64,000 bases of DNA, from the NCBI RefSeq assembly GCF_963921235.1, contig NC_086100.1:204230001-204294000 (forward strand), read 5' to 3'. This document shows positions 58,620-64,000 of this stretch, piece by piece (position 1 is the stretch's first letter; each line of letters starts with the position of its first letter). Under the pieces are notes generated by a model. That model ran no database searches, had not been told where the DNA came from, and worked only from the letters and a program-made list of their open reading frames with translations. The translations under genes and the position numbers were made by a program. This DNA comes from Mobula hypostoma (taxonomy: Eukaryota).

Positions 58620-61075
58620 CCTCAGCATGTCGGGCAGCATCTGTGGAAACGACCAGTCAACGTTTCGGACCGGAATCCTTCGTCAGGACTGTAGAGGGAA
58701 GGGGCAGAGGCCCTATAAGAAGGTGGGGAAGGGTGGGAAGGAGAAGGCTGGTAGGTTCCAGGTGAAAAACCAGTAAGGGGAAAGGGGTGGGGGTGAGGGA
58801 GTGGAAGCAGGGAGGGGATAGGCAGGAAAGGTGAAGAAGGAATAAGGGAAAACGCAATGGGTAGTAGAACGAGGCGGAACCATGAGGGGGGTGATAGGCA
58901 GCTGGGGGAGGGGGCATAGTGAAATAGGGATAAAGGAAGGGAGTGGGGGGGGAATCACCGGAATTTGAAGAATTCAATGTTCATACCAAGGGGCTGGAGA
59001 TTACCTGGACGGTATATGAGGTGTTATTCCTCCAAGGTTAGTTGAGCCTCATCATGGCAGTAGAGGAGGCCATGTGTGGAACCATCTGAATGGGAATGTG
59101 AAGCAGAGTTGAGTGGTAACCGGGAGATCCTGTCTGTTGTGGAGGACGGAGCGGAGCTGCTCGACGAAGCTGTCCCCAAATCTGTGTAGGGTTTCAGCGA
59201 TGTACAGGAGGCTGAACCGGGCGGGGTCACCGGATACAATAGTAGTCCCCTACAGACTCACAAGTGAAGTTTTGCCTCACCTGGAAGGACTGTTTGGGGT
59301 CCTGAATAGTGGCAAGAGAGGAGGTGTAGGGACAGGTGTAGCACTTGCACTTACAGGGATAAGTGCTGGGTGGAAGATCCGTGGGGAGGGACGTATGGAT
59401 CAGGGATTCGCGGAGGGATTGATCTCTGCGGAAATCTCCGGTTGGCGTAACTGGTTCTCAGAATTAATAACTTCTCCTTTGGCTCTTTCAACTTTCTTCA
59501 GACCAAGGGTGTAGCTATGGGCACTCGTATGGGCCCCAGCTATGCCTGCCTCTTCGTTGGTTATATGGGACAGTCTGTGCTCCAAACCTATTCTGGTACT
59601 GCTCCCCAACTTTTCCTTCGCTGCATTGACGACTACATTGGTGCTGCTTCCTGCACCCATGCTGAGCTCGTCAATTTCATTGACTTTACTTCAAACTTCC
59701 ACCCAGCCCTCAAATTCACTTGGGATATCTCAGACGCTTCTCTCCCCTTTCTCAATATCTCGGTCTCTATCTCTGGAGACAGACTGTCCACTGACATCTT
59801 CTACAAGCCAACTGACTCACATAACTACCTCAACTATATCTCTTCCTACCCCTCCACATGCAAAAATGCCATTCCCTATTCCTAGTTCCTCCATCTCCGG
59901 CGCATCTGCATCCAGGATGAAGCTTTCCTTTCCAGGATATCTCAAATTTCCTCTTTCTTTAAGGATCATGGTTTCCCTTCTGCTGTCATCAATGATGCCC
60001 TCACCCAAATCTCCTCTATTTCCCGCACTTCAGTCCTCACCCCATCCTCCCACCACCACAACAGGGACAGAGTTCCCCTTGTCCTCACCTACTAGCCCAG
60101 CACTCTCCGGATCCAGCACATTATCTTCCGCAACTTCCGCCACCTTTAACAGGACCCCATAACTAAGCACGTCTTTCCTTCTCCACCCCTCTGTGCTTTC
60201 CACAGGGATCGGTCCCTCCGCGTCTCCCTGATCCACACTTCCCTCCACACGGATCGCCCACCTGGCACTTATCCCTGTAAGCGTAGGTGCTACACCTGTC
60301 CCTACACCTTCCTCTCTTGCCATTATTCAGGGCACCAAACAATCCTTGCAGGTGAGGTAACACTTCACTTGTGAGTCTGCTAGGGTCATCTACTGCATCC
60401 GGTGCTCCCGGTGCTGCCCCCTCTACATCGGTGAAACACGACGCAGATTGGGGGACCCTTCGTCGAGCACCTCCGCTTCGTCGGCCACAACAGACAGGAT
60501 CTCCCGGTTGCCACCCAATTCAACTCTGCTTCACATTCCCATTCGGATATGTCCATACATGGCCTCCTCTACTGCAATGATGAGGCTAAACTCAGGTTGG
60601 GGGAGCAACACCTCATATACCGTCTAGGTAGTCTCCAGCACCTTGGTATGAACTTTGAATTCTCCAACTTCCGGTAATTCCCTCCCCCTCCCTTTCCCTA
60701 TCCATATTTCCCTCTGCCCCCTCCCCCAGCTGCTATCACCTCCCTCATGGTTCCGCCTCCTTCTACTGCCGATTGTGTTTTCCCGTATTCCTCCTTCACC
60801 TTTCCTGCCTATCACCTCCCTGCTTCCCCTCCCCCACCCCTTTATCTTTCCCCTTACTGGTTTTTCACCTGGAACCTACCAGCCTTCTCCTTCCCACGCT
60901 TCCTCCACCTTCCTTATGGGGCTTCTGCCCCTTCCCTCTTCAGTCCTGACGAAGTGTTCCGGCCCGAAACATCGACCGATCGTTTCCACGGATGCTGCCC
61001 GACCTGCTGAGTTCCTCCAGCGAGTTTTGAGTGTTTCTTTGACCCCAGTATCCGCAGAGTATTTTGTGTTTCTGT
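58620..61075 (+). mobile_element. Penelope element with long inverted pseudo-LTR (minus 58620-59432, plus ~59440-61075)
   Basis: GIY-YIG plus tail present in both orientations around an RT C-terminal piece (MGTRMGPSYACLF, IDD). Confidence 0.9.
58654..58691 (-). ncRNA. Minimal type I hammerhead ribozyme motif
   Basis: CAGTC-CTGACGA-AGGATTCCGGTCC-GAAAC-GTT-GACTG. Confidence 0.78.
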
Positions 61076-61199
61076 TGTCTGTTTCATGATGTGTTAGTGT
61101 CTGCATATATGTGTCATTCTACAGGTTTGTCTTAGTGCGCATGTGCCTTTGAGGCTGTGTGTGTGAAAGCGTGCGTGTGTGTCGGAGATTGTCTACGTC

Positions 61200-61338
61200 T
61201 GTCTGTGTGTGTGTGTGTGTGTGTGTCTGTGTGTGTGTGTGTGTGTGTGTCTGTGTGTGTGTGCGTGTGTGTGTCTGTCCGGCTGCGGCTGCGTTTCTCT
61301 GTGTGTTTATAAATTCTTGTGTGTGTGTGTGTGTGTGT

Positions 61339-61427
<89 letters not shown>

Positions 61428-61430
61428 TGT
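61200..61430. repeat. (GT)n compound microsatellite
   Basis: Direct reading. Confidence 0.95.
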
Positions 61431-61799
61431 GCGCTCACCGCTGTGCGTGTTGGGTGTTTTGTGTCAATATGCACGGGTATTCGTTGCATTTGTGTTCTTT
61501 TTAAATTTTTTATATGCAGGTAACAATGGGCAAGTGGTACTTCTACTTCTGTGAGGTAGAGAATCAAATCCCACAAAACAGTATTTTAGTCGTTCATTAT
61601 TTCATATTTTGATTAAAGATATTTTTTCTGAGATGGTGCTGGGTTTGCTAAATCACTATGCAAATAATGGAGCATTACGCATTAGAGGAAGCAATTTTAA
61701 TTTTACTGCATTAAGATGCAACTGACGATTAGTAAACTCGAATAACGGACCGATAAATAGGAATTTAAGCTTTCAGTTGATAGCACACAAGTTATGTGT

Positions 61800-63362
61800 T
61801 TTACAAACAGACCCGCATTTAATTTGAAATTATATGGTCAAACACTTGAAGTCGTGTCCGTACAAAAATTTAAAATATTATGGACAAAGTGTTGACGAAG
61901 TGCCATTTTGAAGACTTCTAGGCATTTGGATGCATAATAAGTTGACATGGTAGCACCATATCAGCCAAATAATTCATAAATGTAAAGGAGCATTAAATAT
62001 TCTCAGGTATCCATGTGGGTATACTAGGGGTGCTACAGGAACATCGTTGTTGAACAGTTATATCTGTTGAAATGTTGTGTGGCTTCTGGATGAACTTCAT
62101 CTTCAACTTTAAGAGGTTTGTATGTGATGCAAGCACAGGCTTTAAGATTGTGCTGTGTTACAATAAGGCCGTCTCCTGTTTCGGCTGTGCTAGTCGAAAT
62201 GGGACAATGGCCATTACAATTGCAGAGGTTAAAGATGATGTTAACGTCCTGGATTCATTGAGGGAGCAGTGAAATGATCATTCTCTTAGCGGCGTGCTGG
62301 AGGAATTTTGGAAACATCCCATGAAGAGCGTTTTTAGTTTTGGGTGGCTGGGTTCTTATCACGCGAAGAATTTGGCTTTGCTAGATTCTGCAATATATTT
62401 CGCTGCAGCTTTCCCGGTAACCGCTCCTTGCTGGTTTTGTTGTTATTTCTTTTCTTTTCAATGACTTAAGTTGATTATAGCACACAAGATCTAATAAAAT
62501 CTAAGGATTCTGTTATGTCTGATAGGCTGTTGGCTCATCGGTATGTTAAGAGAAATTATTGTGGTATTTTAACTATTTTTGCAGATGGATCCAAAGATAA
62601 TGTTACTGGGAATGTTGGTGAGGCGTTTTTTATGTGCCTAAATTACAGTTAAAGATAAATAAACGACTTTGCAACTATTTATCAGTACCTTTAGCAGAAA
62701 TGGTTGCCATCAATACAGGCTTACAGTGTGTGGAGAAAAGTGTTCATAAAAGTTCAGATTCGATTTCTTTTTTTTTGATGAATCTCAGAACAGGTAATTC
62801 CAGCAGTAATTCAGATTCACTGTTGGAAGCATCCAACATTATTCCATGTACAAAGTAGTGATTTGCATGCCCTATTGTTTTGGGTCCCTGCATATGTAAG
62901 TGCTGAGGGGAGAGAGCAAGCTGACTGTTTAGCTACAAACTCTAATAACATTGCAACAGTGGAATATTAGCTACCAACGCATTTCAACTGTGGATATACA
63001 TCTTTCACTAAGAAAATCAGAAGCTAAGAGGTTAGTAGAGTCAAGAACTGTGGGTTTATGGCATCACTGTTGCGAGAATAGGCACAAGAGGGGACAACAT
63101 TACAGAATACATAAAACTGTTGGGATTAAACGAAAAGGAGGGAAAGCAAGAGGGGGAGAAATTATAGTCAAGGTGTAAACAACTGTGAACTGCCACTTAG
63201 GAAATGGGAATGTGAAAAGGTCGGTAGCGTTAAGAACTATGGGCTCATGGCAAGAATTGTAGGATAAAGGGCATAAAGAGGAACACCTCCTCAGAATACA
63301 CAAAATTGTTGGGTTTATGGGAGAAGTAGCAAAAGCAAGAAGGGAAGGAATTATATTAACAC
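61800..63362 (+). mobile_element. Degenerate I/Nimb-like LINE fragment with RNase H
   Basis: LGIWMHNKLTW*HHI..KCKGALNILR (RT C-terminus); FADGSKD, AEMVAI, SDS, WVPAYVSAEG.EQADCLA (RNase H). Confidence 0.75.
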
Positions 63363-63430
63363 ACGTGGAGTTGGATCCCGGAGAAGAGACACCGTTGATC
63401 CCTCTGGCTTGAGCTCAGGACGGGGCTTCA

Positions 63431-64000
63431 TTAATGATGCAGGAGCAACGATGTGACCGGATATTTCGCCGCGCTGATCACCTGCTCCCTGAATTTCGAC
63501 TGAGTCACTGTACAGATAAATGTGTTCGTGCAGCAGCTGAAATCCCTCAGCAAATACGCAACGTAGTGAAAGACCCACTCAGAATCTTTGAAAGCGAGTC
63601 CTTTCCCAAAGCCCTGATAATATATAACATTTGCTACGCGCGTCATCCACAGGAGGATGAAGCTGCCAGAGAGGGTGAAGAGTAAAACAACAGACCTCCT
63701 CCTGCTCTCCATCTGCGGGTCACTGCGGTTCTCCCCCTTGCTCTATCACTTCAGCCCTTGACGGACCCGGCTGACTATTAGAATGTGCCGAACCGTCAGA
63801 GTGTTGAGAAGCAGGATCACAGCGAAAGGGAGGAAGGGAGTTAAAACCATATCGATCCAATCATAAACTATCCAGCCAGGGTCAGTGAAATAATTGCTCA
63901 TGGTCTCACAGCCCCACGGTACATTGTCGATGATCACGAATGGTTCCCGCACGAAGTACCGGGGAACGTTTTTCAGACAAAACAGTACGCCGGTTGTTGT
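63431..64000 (-). pseudogene. GPR139/GPR142-like class A GPCR, TM4-TM7, with two adjacent in-frame stops; 5' part lies beyond the window
   Basis: LKNVPRYF, WIDMVLTPFLPFAVILLLNTLTVRHIL, DPQMESRRRSVVLLFTLSGSFILLW, SCCTNTFICTVTQSKFREQ; TGA TAG at 63743-63748. Confidence 0.85.

Noticed and set aside
1..64000. Prokaryotic systems (CRISPR, retron, operons)
   Set aside because: All RTs are LINE, LTR or PLE types in a vertebrate context; no repeat-spacer arrays seen

Overview
Repeat-dense vertebrate genomic DNA, not prokaryotic. The mix of CR1, Poseidon-type Penelope elements, short tandem C2H2 ZNF genes with no visible effector domain and GPR139-like receptors suggests a cartilaginous fish (inference). 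Host content: one open 13-finger C2H2 ZNF ORF (1416-2537, +), two minus-strand ZNF paralog remnants (~29725-30770, ~35085-36030), an orphan GPR139-like first exon with a TATA box (48080-48220, -) and a GPR139-like second exon with tandem stop codons at the right edge (63431-64000, -). Most of the rest is nested mobile DNA. A CsRn1-type Gypsy provirus (9445-22304; 285-bp LTRs, CCAT TSD, tRNA-Trp PBS) carries a CR1 and a full-length L1 with two intact ORFs and a perfect 16-bp TSD. Also present: many CR1 fragments, Penelope elements with inverted pseudo-LTRs and minimal hammerhead ribozyme motifs, a Chapaev3-like DNA transposon, a solo LTR, a tRNA-SINE, and Rex1/Babar and RNase H-bearing I/Nimb-like LINE relics. 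I cannot establish a wholly new system from the sequence alone. The best leads are the intact L1 with antisense features, the dispersed hammerheads, a CR1 inserted at the homologous site of another CR1, and the ZNF and GPR139-like birth-and-death clusters. All alignments were done by eye, and boundaries of degenerate repeats are approximate.
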